Shown here: positions 15,380 to 23,958 of the stretch, in pieces
Numbering within the stretch: position 1 is the first letter of the stretch
Layout of the letters: each line of letters opens with the position of its first letter
IMG/VR virus record: IMGVR_UViG_3300037484_000305
Span: 1-24,859 of that record
DNA: 24,859 nt
Source: a virus
Taxonomy: Duplodnaviria > Caudoviricetes
Reading direction: 5' to 3' (one strand)
Translations under genes and position numbers: made by a program
The notes under the pieces: model-generated
Database searches by the model: none
Seen by the model: the letters and a program-made list of their open reading frames with translations, nothing else
Told to the model about the DNA's origin: nothing

Positions 15380-17098
15380 CTACCTCCCAATTGAAACGAC
15401 GCGCGTCTCGGCGCCATCTTGCAATCTCGGTTTTGGCTTCGGCTTCCCACCTTCGCCATCGTCTACGTTTTCAGCCCCGTCATCGTCCTCTTTCTTGTCC
15501 TCTCCCTCTCCGCCTTTAGGGGGAGAGGGCTGGGGTGAGGTGGCCTCGGCGACGTAAATCTCCGGATCGGTGTCATAGATCAGCCCCTGCTCTTTCGCCT
15601 GGTCGAGTTCGCGCCGCCGTTGCCGGTCGACATCCTCGACGTCGCGCCCGTCGCCGGTCGCGGCGATGACGTCCGCCCGGGTGGTGAATCCGGCCTTGAT
15701 CGCTTCCTTGTAGGCCTGCACTTCCTTGGTCGGATCGACCCAGCTCCAGCCGCGCGGCTTGAACAGCACCGCCTCGAATTTCTTCTGGTCGACCGCGTAT
15801 TCAATTACGCGCAACGCCTCGACAGCGCCGGCGAGCACCGCCGACTGCAGCCACTCCCGGTGCAGCGGCATGCGGAAGCTGCGCAGGAACCACTGCTGCA
15901 GCATCCGCCACAGGTCGCGGTCATCGAGCAGTGCCAGGCGGCTAGATGAGTAATTGCTCTGCGAGTAATCACGGCTCAGGCTCTCGTAGCTAGGTCCGGT
16001 CCCGGCGGCCACTTCGCGCAGCATGTAGCGCATGAACGGGTCGAGCGCGGTGTTCGGCCGGTTCGGCGTGTTGAATTTCATCTCCTCGCCTGGAGCGAGC
16101 CGCACGGTCATGCCGGGCTCCGTGACGACTTCCTTCTCGCCGGACGGATTCGACGGGTTCACCGGTTGCGCCAGTGGATGCTCCCCTTCAGGCGTCTGGA
16201 TCGTGTTAAGGTAGTTGGCCGCCCCGCGCGCCGCGATGATCTCGGCCTCGGAATAGCCGTCCATGTCGTTCAGCTTCCGCGCCACCGCGTGCAGCCACGG
16301 CTCACCGCGCGTCTGCGGCCACCGGTCCACCAGCCGCAGGTGAATGATCTGGTCCGCCGGCACGCGCTCGACCATGTCTATCTCGCCAATGGAGAAGCGG
16401 TAATCCCCCGGATGCCTGGCGCGGACCCAGTAGGCGATCGGCCGCCCGTAGCGGTCGACCTCGATGCCCATCTTGATGATCGCCCCTGGCGCAGCCGGCC
16501 CTGGCGGCACCGGATATTGCAACTCGTCGGCGATGCGCTCCGACTCGATCATCTCCAGCGCGAACGGGATCTCCGACCCGCCGAACCTGCTGAGATGCTT
16601 GCGCACGAACACCTCGCCCGCTTCGAACACCTGACCCATGAGCGCGCGCTCGAGGTCGCAGAAGTGCAGCACACCGCCGGTGTGGCAGGTTTCGGCGCGG
16701 CACCAGTCGCGCCAGGCCTCCTCGATTGCCTCGTTCACGTTCTCGCGCAGCGTGTCGCGCGAAGACATCACCTGCGCCTGCATGCCGATGCCGGCGCCGA
16801 TCACGTTGTTGACCACGATCACCTTCGCCCGCTTGGCATACGCGGCGTCGCGCACTAGCGCGCGCGATCGGTTGCGCAGGTTCGTGAGGCTCGCGACCAG
16901 CTCTGAGTCAGCCGAGGTGGTGGACGTAGCCCAGCCTGAGGTCAGGCGCGAAGCGCGCGCTGCCTGGTAGGTGCGGAGCCCAACCCCCCTCTCTCCGGCC
17001 CTCCCACGCGAGGGGAGAGAGGGTTTCGAAGCGCGTGGCGCGCGCGTGGTCTTCGGCCTGATCGCGCTGGCAATGCTTTTTCTCAGGTTGTCGAACAT
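15380..17098 (-). CDS. Portal protein, lambda gpB family
   Basis: 572 aa; YQAA...RL..W, LRNRSRAL.RD, GIEVD.YGRP.AY, QTRGEPW, LSRDYSQSNYSSSRL, WSWVDPTKEV. Confidence 0.96.
   Translation of the reverse strand: MFDNLRKSIASAIRPKTTRAPRASKPSLPSRGRAGERGVGLRTYQAARASRLTSGWATSTTSADSELVASLTNLRNRSRALVRDAAYAKRAKVIVVNNVIGAGIGMQAQVMSSRDTLRENVNEAIEEAWRDWCRAETCHTGGVLHFCDLERALMGQVFEAGEVFVRKHLSRFGGSEIPFALEMIESERIADELQYPVPPGPAAPGAIIKMGIEVDRYGRPIAYWVRARHPGDYRFSIGEIDMVERVPADQIIHLRLVDRWPQTRGEPWLHAVARKLNDMDGYSEAEIIAARGAANYLNTIQTPEGEHPLAQPVNPSNPSGEKEVVTEPGMTVRLAPGEEMKFNTPNRPNTALDPFMRYMLREVAAGTGPSYESLSRDYSQSNYSSSRLALLDDRDLWRMLQQWFLRSFRMPLHREWLQSAVLAGAVEALRVIEYAVDQKKFEAVLFKPRGWSWVDPTKEVQAYKEAIKAGFTTRADVIAATGDGRDVEDVDRQRRRELDQAKEQGLIYDTDPEIYVAEATSPQPSPPKGGEGEDKKEDDDGAENVDDGEGGKPKPKPRLQDGAETRVVSIGR
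15504..15540 (-). repeat. Short palindromic element (CCCTCTCC..GGAGAGGG family) in portal C-terminus
   Basis: CCCTCTCC-GCCTTTAGGG-GGAGAGGG-CTGGGGTGAGG; translated in the portal as TSPQPSPPKGGEG. Confidence 0.75.
16984..17023 (+). repeat. Short palindromic element, opposite orientation, in portal N-terminus
   Basis: CCCCCCTCTCTCCGGCCCTCCCACGCGAGGGGAGAGAGGG; translated in the portal as PSLPSRGRAGERG. Confidence 0.7.
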
Positions 17099-17104
17099 GG
17101 CGCC

Positions 17105-17674
17105 TCACGGCCTTGAAAATCGAATGCCCACATTGCGCGGATTGCCAAGGCCGCCGGCCATCGCCGCGGCATCTCTCTCCGCATTGAGTTGCCGCTGCCA
17201 GAAGTCCAGGTCCGTGATCATCTCTGCCTTGTCACGGTAGGTCACCTGTCGATTGCCGATCGAGTAGCTTTTGATCGTGCCGTTGGACGCGCTGAAGGTC
17301 GCCATCGCCGCCTTGATGTCGTCCACTGCCTTGGCGGCCTGGCTGCGCCCGTCGTATCCGGCCGCCGCCGCCGCCGGATCCCCGATGACGAGGATCTGCC
17401 CGTCGCCAAGCGACTGCCGGATCGGGCCCGCCTTCTCCACCCAGCGTGCCCAGGTGTAATACCCGGCCGTCCAGGTCGCGGTGATGGCCGCGGCCGCCTG
17501 CACCCGGTAATCGCTTCCCGACGTGCTCGCGGTGATGTCTATCGGCGCCTGCACCGGCGTGGTGAAGCGCGGCACCAGCCGGTACTTAAGCGTCCAGCCA
17601 TCGGCCGGCTGGTACTCAGGCACGCTGTCCAGGAAGTCCAGCGTGTCCCCGGCGATCAGTTCTTCAAGCATCAT
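17105..17674 (-). CDS. Head-tail adaptor, gpW-like C-terminus with extra N-terminal domain
   Basis: 189 aa immediately before the portal; C-terminal KSYSIGNRQVTY.D..E....DFWQRQL; N-terminal AGDT...Y.PADGWTLKY. Confidence 0.8.
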   Translation of the reverse strand: MMLEELIAGDTLDFLDSVPEYQPADGWTLKYRLVPRFTTPVQAPIDITASTSGSDYRVQAAAAITATWTAGYYTWARWVEKAGPIRQSLGDGQILVIGDPAAAAAGYDGRSQAAKAVDDIKAAMATFSASNGTIKSYSIGNRQVTYRDKAEMITDLDFWQRQLNAERDAAAMAGGLGNPRNVGIRFSRP

Positions 17675-19767
17675 TTGGCTGGATCTCCGATTCGCTTCGT
17701 GGTCACGGTGCCGACTTCCGGCCCGATGCGCTCATTGACATCCGCCACTGGGCTGGTGCCGATACGCGTGTGCACATCAGCCGCCGGTGTGGCCCCGATC
17801 CGTGCCCGCAGCGGCTCGCTGGTGTAGGCGATCTGCGCCACATAGGCCGGCACCACCGCGCTGTAGACGTGCGTCACGACCGCCGCCCGCACCTGCGCCT
17901 GCAGCTTCGGCGACCGCGGCACATAGCTGTGCGTCGCCACCGCCGCGAACACCTGGCCTCCTGTCGCGAGGTTCGGGACGCGGCTCGTGTAGGTGTGCGT
18001 GGCCGGAGCAGGCTGCACCTTCGCCTGCAATTTCGGCACGCGCCCGACGTAGCTGTGCGTCGACGCCGGTACGTTGACACCTGCACCTGCCGAGACACTC
18101 GGCACCCTCCCGGTGTAGGTGTGCGTCACCGCTCCGGGCTGCACCCGGGCGCGCACCTGCGGCGTTTGTCCGGTGTAGGTATGAACCACCGCGCCAGGCT
18201 GCACCCGCACGCGGGCCTGCGGTGTCTGTCCGGTGTAGCTGTGCGTGGCCACCGGCGCATTCAATCCGGCGCCGGCCGTGATCCCTGGCACGCGCCCGGC
18301 ATAGCTGTGCGTCACCTGCGCCGGCTGTATTCGCGCGCGCACTTGCGGCGTTTGCGCGGTGTAGGTATGCACCACCGCTCCGGGCTGTACCCGTGCGCGC
18401 ACCTGCGGCGCCTGCGCGGTGTAACTGTGGGTTACCTGAGCCGGCCTTACCGTATGCCGAAATGTCGGTACCTGTCCGGTATAGGTGTGAACTACCGCAC
18501 CTGGCTGCACCCTTGCCAGCACCTGCGGATTTTGCCCGGTGTAGCTGTGAGTCACCACGCCGGCGGACACTGTCGTGCCACCACCAGCAGGTGGGGAAAA
18601 AGTAATCCCCATCAAGTGAAAGTGAATACTGCCGGACGTACCTTCGTCTAGTTCGAACGAAAACACGTCGTCGGCGTCAAACGATACGCTGTCTGACGTA
18701 TTCTCGTACCACGCAGCCCCACCTGCCGCAGTAATCGTAGTCGTTATGACTGGGGAGCCGTTCTGGTAGAGCTTTAGGGTTCCATTGCCGGTGTAGGTGT
18801 TTGTATCGCAATAGACGCGAAGATTGCTCGCTACACCAGCGAAGCCCGGCTTGATCTGGCATTGTGCCTCTGTGAAACCCTGGCCGGCGTTACAGAAACC
18901 ACCTATAGGGAAGTACTCTGCAGTGGCACTTGCGGTTCTAGTTTCACCGTCCTGCGCGCAACTCCATTGATCTTGCTTTCCCGAGGAAGACTTCAGCGTC
19001 GCCAGTATGAACGCAACAGTTAAATCTTCGACACCAGTTAAGAGCGTCAGCGACGTGTTGACGGTCTGCCCGTCGCCTATCGCGTCAGCCAATCCTGTGG
19101 CCGTGAGCAGCCCGGTGACTCCGGCACCGAACGTTATGACGCCAGTCCCGTCACCGGCGTTGATGCGATTTCTGAATACTGAATCGTTCGTTCTGGCGTT
19201 CGCTGTAACTCTGACCTGAAGGGCTTCGAATACATCGTAGCCCCTGCATTTGAAAGCGACATCTGATTCTGTTGCGTTACCGTCTGCCCTCAAGTCTCCA
19301 GCCAGACCAAAGAAACGTGTGGCTGATGGCACGTCCATGATGGGAAGCAATCCCAGTCCTGCGCACCCCGTAAAGGCGCCATGTCCGGACGCAAACTCTA
19401 CGTTGCCCTTGATCCATATGTATTGCGAATCCGTGCCGGTATCGGTGTAGGCCAGGTTGAACAAGTCCGCAGCCGAGAGTACGTCGCTGTTCGTTGTGTC
19501 TTCTGCTATGCCAGTACCGGCCCTGGATGCGACTTGATTTCCATTTGCTCCCGCATCGCGAAATGTGAGGGTGTTTGTGCCTGACCCTCCACCAACGATG
19601 TTTATCCCTAATCCTGAAAACGTACAACCTTCAGTAGCACTTGCTTGTGCGGTGGCTTCTGTGGTCGTGGACTGTACGTCTCCGAACAGGTTTGTCTCAT
19701 GACCATTCGTAAGGTCAAGTGACACCGACGTAGTCATGTTACTCTGCACCAGCAATGCCTTGCCCAT
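17671..19767 (-). CDS. Putative fibre/adhesin: three tandem ~130-aa beta domains plus 12 short shaft-like repeats
   Basis: 698 aa; three similar segments (G....TE......F..L.V.......T...R..G.....) then 12 x [VT]H[STV]Y-T-G-x-x-P repeats and four RIG repeats. Confidence 0.7.
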   Translation of the reverse strand: MGKALLVQSNMTTSVSLDLTNGHETNLFGDVQSTTTEATAQASATEGCTFSGLGINIVGGGSGTNTLTFRDAGANGNQVASRAGTGIAEDTTNSDVLSAADLFNLAYTDTGTDSQYIWIKGNVEFASGHGAFTGCAGLGLLPIMDVPSATRFFGLAGDLRADGNATESDVAFKCRGYDVFEALQVRVTANARTNDSVFRNRINAGDGTGVITFGAGVTGLLTATGLADAIGDGQTVNTSLTLLTGVEDLTVAFILATLKSSSGKQDQWSCAQDGETRTASATAEYFPIGGFCNAGQGFTEAQCQIKPGFAGVASNLRVYCDTNTYTGNGTLKLYQNGSPVITTTITAAGGAAWYENTSDSVSFDADDVFSFELDEGTSGSIHFHLMGITFSPPAGGGTTVSAGVVTHSYTGQNPQVLARVQPGAVVHTYTGQVPTFRHTVRPAQVTHSYTAQAPQVRARVQPGAVVHTYTAQTPQVRARIQPAQVTHSYAGRVPGITAGAGLNAPVATHSYTGQTPQARVRVQPGAVVHTYTGQTPQVRARVQPGAVTHTYTGRVPSVSAGAGVNVPASTHSYVGRVPKLQAKVQPAPATHTYTSRVPNLATGGQVFAAVATHSYVPRSPKLQAQVRAAVVTHVYSAVVPAYVAQIAYTSEPLRARIGATPAADVHTRIGTSPVADVNERIGPEVGTVTTKRIGDPAK
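17845..18561 (-). repeat. Coding tandem repeat, 12 units of about 60-69 bp
   Basis: Consensus GAVVHTYTGQTPQVRARVQP; DNA-level similarity visible (e.g. CCGGTGTAGGT, GGCTGCACCCG, GCGCACCTGCGGCG recur). Confidence 0.9.
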
Positions 19768-20162
19768 CAGTTCACCGTAATGGTAGGTGCGCCAGCCGTT
19801 GTTTCTTCAACAGCCAAGGCGTTGGCGACACGAGTGCGCAAGTCAGTTCTCGTAGCCCCGGAAGTCCCGGACAGAATGGAAAAGTTCCCTGTTGCGTCCA
19901 CCACATAGGGCACGCCTGGATGTTCCGTGTCCATCAGAGCAAGTTCCACTAGCCGCTCTTTGATGACCCACCGGGCGCGTTCTTTTCTGCGTGAGATGAT
20001 TATCAGACCGCGCAACACCTGTGCATCAGTCAGACCAAATTGGTCTTTTATTGCCTGGTGGCGTGAACATAGGACAGCCGAGATCACGCTGCTCCAGTCG
20101 TTGGAAACGGTAAGCCTGCAGCCTCCGATTGGACAGAAGTCAGGGTGCCATGTGATGGCCAT
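19767..20162 (-). CDS. Hypothetical protein with Cys/His motif
   Basis: 131 aa; WHPDFCPIGGC...C-x2-H; stop/start overlaps with both neighbours. Confidence 0.75.
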   Translation of the reverse strand: MAITWHPDFCPIGGCRLTVSNDWSSVISAVLCSRHQAIKDQFGLTDAQVLRGLIIISRRKERARWVIKERLVELALMDTEHPGVPYVVDATGNFSILSGTSGATRTDLRTRVANALAVEETTAGAPTITVN

Positions 20163-20563
20163 TATTTTTTCTTTTCCTCGCCTTCGCCTTCACGGACGCG
20201 GCTTTTATGGTAGAAAACTCGCCACAAGCCGTTCCATCCATGCTTGGGCCTCAATGGTTTCAATTCCGAAACCTGCAGTCCCTCTATGGACTCAGCGAAG
20301 AAGATGTGCGGCACAGCGGTGTGCAAACTCTTCCGGACAATGAGATAGGTTTTAGACGGTCCAGCCTCCAACCATTTCGCAATAACAAATGCCCAACAGT
20401 TCCATGCGGTCAACCCATCAGGCCATCCAGCACGCTTGTATAACCATGTCAATGCATAGCCAATGCAAGTCAGAATTGCGAGGCAGATGGTGGCTAGGAC
20501 GTAGCACAGGAAAATGAGCCCCTGCGCAACGAAACGCAGCACCCACCGCCAGGCCGCCAGCAC
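20162..20563 (-). CDS. Hypothetical membrane-anchored protein
   Basis: 133 aa; long hydrophobic N-terminus, then NCWAF..KW, YLIVRKS, PHIF; GAGGTG before GTG start region. Confidence 0.65.
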   Translation of the reverse strand: MLAAWRWVLRFVAQGLIFLCYVLATICLAILTCIGYALTWLYKRAGWPDGLTAWNCWAFVIAKWLEAGPSKTYLIVRKSLHTAVPHIFFAESIEGLQVSELKPLRPKHGWNGLWRVFYHKSRVREGEGEEKKK

Positions 20564-20582
20564 CTCTGATCTCTTCAGCGCG

Positions 20583-21104
20583 TTACGTCGTCGACCAGGT
20601 CGCGATCCCGCTTGCGTTCCAGGCGATGGTCAGGTCCCCGGTCACGTTGCCAACGTCCGCATCCGCCGTTACCACGCTGAACAGCCTCGAATTCGCAGCA
20701 ACCCCTGCGGCGTTCCGATAGATCACGAACTTGCGCGCGGTCGAGAACCCGGCACCGCTCTGCGTCCACACCACGTCCGCGGCGTCGAACGTCACCGTCC
20801 CGGTGGCGCGCGTGAGCGTCTGCGAGGCGAGCGCCGCGCCGCCTGCGGTGTAGTTGGTGCCGGTGACCTCGTTGGTCACGTCGTCGAAGAAGTCGTGCGT
20901 GTCCTGGTTAGGCGCGTACGTATTGGTGTGCGCCGAGACCTTTATGTCATCGGCCGCCTCATCAAAATCGAACACGGCATTCGTGGTGCCGTTCCATTGG
21001 CCGAGCAGTGCCGAGTAGTACATCAGGTGCGTCACGCCGAGCCCGAAAAAGCGCTCCCAGTAGACAGCGACCAGCAGCGCCAGGAACAGGAAACACCTTT
21101 TCAT
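20583..21104 (-). CDS. Putative virion structural accessory protein
   Basis: 173 aa from ATG 21104 (ATGA overlap; the longer ORF-track start overlaps other genes); DIKV, NEVTGTNYTAGG..L, FDAADVVW, TAR..VIY, GDLTI.WNASGI motifs typical of phage structural proteins. Confidence 0.8.
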   Translation of the reverse strand: MKRCFLFLALLVAVYWERFFGLGVTHLMYYSALLGQWNGTTNAVFDFDEAADDIKVSAHTNTYAPNQDTHDFFDDVTNEVTGTNYTAGGAALASQTLTRATGTVTFDAADVVWTQSGAGFSTARKFVIYRNAAGVAANSRLFSVVTADADVGNVTGDLTIAWNASGIATWSTT

Positions 21105-21394
21105 GATTGCACCCCCTCGAGCGCGGCGTACTTGGTGGCGGGAAGCTCCTGCGACGACTCGACCCACAGCCGTCCCCTGGCATCCTCGACGATCCACTCC
21201 CCGAAGCGCAGGCCGAACTTCTGCTTCTGCCCTGCGACGAGCAGCCCCTTGTACTCGCGCCGCTCCACCGGGTAGCGCTCGACAAGAGGATGGTCGCCAT
21301 CCTTTTTCCAGTGCGTTGCCTTCACAGGCTCGCCGCTGTGAACGAGCCGGTGCGTGGCGCCCTCGAACAGCGCGGGCAGTTCCTTTTCTTCCAT
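21101..21394 (-). CDS. Hypothetical protein (97 aa)
   Basis: AAGGAG RBS before ATG 21394; VKATHWKKDGDHP and GEWIVED motifs. Confidence 0.75.
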   Translation of the reverse strand: MEEKELPALFEGATHRLVHSGEPVKATHWKKDGDHPLVERYPVERREYKGLLVAGQKQKFGLRFGEWIVEDARGRLWVESSQELPATKYAALEGVQS

Positions 21395-21405
21395 GGCTGT
21401 CTCCT

Positions 21406-21798
21406 TCAATGAAGCTGCCCCGGCGCGACCGGCCGGTGGGTGAACTGCGCCGGCGGCACGCGCACGACGATCTGTCGGATCGCGCAGAAGCCGAAGGCGC
21501 CGCTGTTGATGCGGTCCAGTTCCCGCTCCGGATTCTCGAAGGCCATGTTGCAGGCGCACTCGATGCGGTACTCCGGGATTTCCTCGCCCTCTTTGAGCGG
21601 CTGGAACAGCTCTGAGGCCGCGGTGTAGGTCTTCCCACGTCCGGACTCGTGGTCCTCTACATCCAGCACCACGCACAGGCCGAACAGCGCCTGCAGCATC
21701 GGCCTATGGCTGCCGTCGCGCAGCAGCTCGTAGGTAATCTGGAACCTGCCAACCCGCGGCGAATCCGGATAAACGATCTCTTTTGTCACGTCGCTCAT
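21406..21798 (-). CDS. Hypothetical protein (130 aa)
   Basis: Purine-rich RBS, 9 bp after terL stop; YTAASELF..L.EGEEIPEY motif. Confidence 0.75.
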   Translation of the reverse strand: MSDVTKEIVYPDSPRVGRFQITYELLRDGSHRPMLQALFGLCVVLDVEDHESGRGKTYTAASELFQPLKEGEEIPEYRIECACNMAFENPERELDRINSGAFGFCAIRQIVVRVPPAQFTHRPVAPGQLH

Positions 21799-21807
21799 TG
21801 CCTTCCC

Positions 21808-23958
21808 TCACCAGTTGTTGACTCGCCAGCGCGGCCGTCCGGTCGTCAAACCGCGAGACTTTTTAAGATGTGCATCCAGCGCGGCATCCGCCCCGGGAAC
21901 CGTGGCTCCAGCCCCCGGGGCTGCGTCCGCCGCCGAATCAACGGCGTCATCGCGGTTGTGTTCTTCACCCTCTCCACTCGCTGGAGAGGGCCGGGGAGAG
22001 GCCGGTGCAGACGTCTGCACGCCGGCGACGAACAGATCCCCGGCAGATTCGCGGAGCCCCGCCTCGAGCTTGTCCCAGTTGACCCGTGACATGCCCGCAT
22101 AGAGCGCCGCGGCGTAGGCGTACACCTCGACGTCAAGCGGCTCGTTGCGCGCGCCGGCGTCCTTCTCGAATTCGCGCACCGGACGGCCATGCTTGTACCG
22201 GGTGACCATGCGCTCGGAGACCAGCCCCTCGTAGTACTCGTCCGGCAGCCCTAGCGGAAAGTGGATGCATCCAGGACCGGTCGCGGTGATCTTGAGCCGC
22301 GCGTAGATCTTGATCTTCGCGGTGTCGACGCCGATCGGCCAGAGCTGCACCCCGCTCTTCACCACCACGCCGCGGTGCGTGACGTCCTGCGCGGTGGGCC
22401 GGCCCAGCACCGCTTTGCCAGGGCGCGACACGCCCTTGACCGCGATTACGTTGCGATGCTTGTAGCGGCGGCAGAAGTCATAGGCGGTCTGCGTGCGGTA
22501 GCCGGTGTCGACGGCGCCGGCCAGCACCCGCATCGGCACCTTGTACTCGTGCATGAACTGCGTCTCGTGCAGGTACTCCGCGAGCCGCTCCCACGGCTCC
22601 ACCGTCTCGGTGTCGCCGTGGAATTCCTGGTAATCGATGAGCCATGACTCTTCGCCGCGACCCCATGCCTTGACGCAGGTCGCGATCCAGTTCGCCTGGA
22701 TATCGGCCCCGGCAGTCAGGAACAGTCCCCCGGCCGGCACCTGCTTCAGCGAATACTTGTCGGCGCGCGACTTCAGGTCCAGCGCCCGCACCTGGTCGCC
22801 GGCGTCGGCATAGGGCTCGGCGATGACCGTGTTGGTCCAGATCTTCAGCAGGAACTTGCTCGGATCCTTGTCCGCCTCGAGGCGCTTCTCCACCGCGGTG
22901 CGCCACGAGTACCAGCCCACCGGCGAGTACAGCGCGCTCAGGTGATAGCCGCGCCGGCGCACGCCAGGCGCATGCGCGACCCAGCGGCCCCCGTCCAGCA
23001 TTCCGGTCTTCTGGTATTCGTCGATGCGCCCCGCGCAACTCACGCAGTCGTACCAGACATCCATCACCTCGCCGGTGTCTATCTCGGCCGCGCCTTCGCT
23101 GTTGGGTTCGACTTCGCGGATCTCGCCCGTATCGGCGAGCGTAAGCTCCCAGACTTTGCGCGTTTCCCAGCGTATTTGGTCCCAGATCAGCACCTGTTCG
23201 TGCCCACATGCCGGGCAAGGCACGTAATAGTGCCGCTGGTCCGACTTCAGCCAGTGCCGCCAGATCTTCGAGCGGCCTTTTTCGGTCGGCGTCGAGGTGC
23301 GGAAGATTTTCTTGCGCACGAAGGTGTCCGTGCGCTTCTCCGCCAGCTCGTCCGCCGGGCCCTGGCCGTCGACGTCGTCCGGGTACTCGTCGACCTCGTC
23401 CTCGAAGAGGTAGCGCACCGGCATCGACTTCAGTTCCGCCGCGCTGTTCGCCCCGGCGATCACCAGCACCCCGCCCGGGAATTCCTTCATCGTTGCCGAG
23501 TTCGTGCTGTCGCGCGAACTGTCGCTGATTTTCTGCCGCAGGCTGGGCGTCGACTCGATCATCTTGGCGAGCCGCGTGCGCGAACTGCGTTTTCCCGTGT
23601 TCGAGGTCGGCAACACCATCATCGCCGGACCCGGCGCCTCGTCCATGATGAAGCCGACGAAATTGTTGCCGATCTCGGTCTTGGCCACCTGCGTGCCGGC
23701 GACGAACGTCACCTCCTGGCACGGGTCCGACGGCGACAGCGCCTGCATGATCTCCCGCGTGTGCGGCACCCGCTTGGTGCGCCAGGGGCCTGGCTCTGCC
23801 GAAGTCTCGGGCGGCAGGATCCGCTTCTCGTCGGCCCACTGGTCGATCTGGCGATCTGGATCCGGCGCGATCGCTTCCGCGAAAGTGATGCAGCTAAGCA
23901 GCCACGCGCTCGGGAGCCCCTCCGGCAACTTCAGCGGCGGCATCAATGGAGAGTTCAT
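21808..23958 (-). CDS. terL: Terminase large subunit, lambda gpA family
   Basis: 716 aa; SAEPGPW, QVAKTE (Walker A-like), ANSAAELKSMPVRYLFEDEVD (Walker B), STPT, SDQR.YYVPCP.C, AVDTG, RNEPLD..VYA.AA. Confidence 0.96.
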   Translation of the reverse strand: MNSPLMPPLKLPEGLPSAWLLSCITFAEAIAPDPDRQIDQWADEKRILPPETSAEPGPWRTKRVPHTREIMQALSPSDPCQEVTFVAGTQVAKTEIGNNFVGFIMDEAPGPAMMVLPTSNTGKRSSRTRLAKMIESTPSLRQKISDSSRDSTNSATMKEFPGGVLVIAGANSAAELKSMPVRYLFEDEVDEYPDDVDGQGPADELAEKRTDTFVRKKIFRTSTPTEKGRSKIWRHWLKSDQRHYYVPCPACGHEQVLIWDQIRWETRKVWELTLADTGEIREVEPNSEGAAEIDTGEVMDVWYDCVSCAGRIDEYQKTGMLDGGRWVAHAPGVRRRGYHLSALYSPVGWYSWRTAVEKRLEADKDPSKFLLKIWTNTVIAEPYADAGDQVRALDLKSRADKYSLKQVPAGGLFLTAGADIQANWIATCVKAWGRGEESWLIDYQEFHGDTETVEPWERLAEYLHETQFMHEYKVPMRVLAGAVDTGYRTQTAYDFCRRYKHRNVIAVKGVSRPGKAVLGRPTAQDVTHRGVVVKSGVQLWPIGVDTAKIKIYARLKITATGPGCIHFPLGLPDEYYEGLVSERMVTRYKHGRPVREFEKDAGARNEPLDVEVYAYAAALYAGMSRVNWDKLEAGLRESAGDLFVAGVQTSAPASPRPSPASGEGEEHNRDDAVDSAADAAPGAGATVPGADAALDAHLKKSRGLTTGRPRWRVNNW
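21968..22001 (-). repeat. Short palindromic element in terL C-terminal tail
   Basis: CCCTCTCC-ACTCGCT-GGAGAGGG-CCGGGGAGAGG; translated as ASPRPSPASGEG. Confidence 0.75.

Noticed and set aside
17845-18561. CRISPR array or DGR template/variable repeat pair
   Set aside because: Repeats are in-frame coding units differing mainly at synonymous and non-adenine-specific positions; no reverse transcriptase or avd gene in the window.
20583-21676. ORF-track versions of 351 aa and 191 aa
   Set aside because: Upstream extensions overlap other genes; better starts at 21104 (ATGA coupling) and 21394 (AAGGAG).
22478-23839. 453-aa alternative-frame ORF in terL (also 12460-13386 in the capsid gene)
   Set aside because: Arg/Gly/Ala-rich off-frame product expected in GC-rich DNA; fully nested in a well-supported gene.
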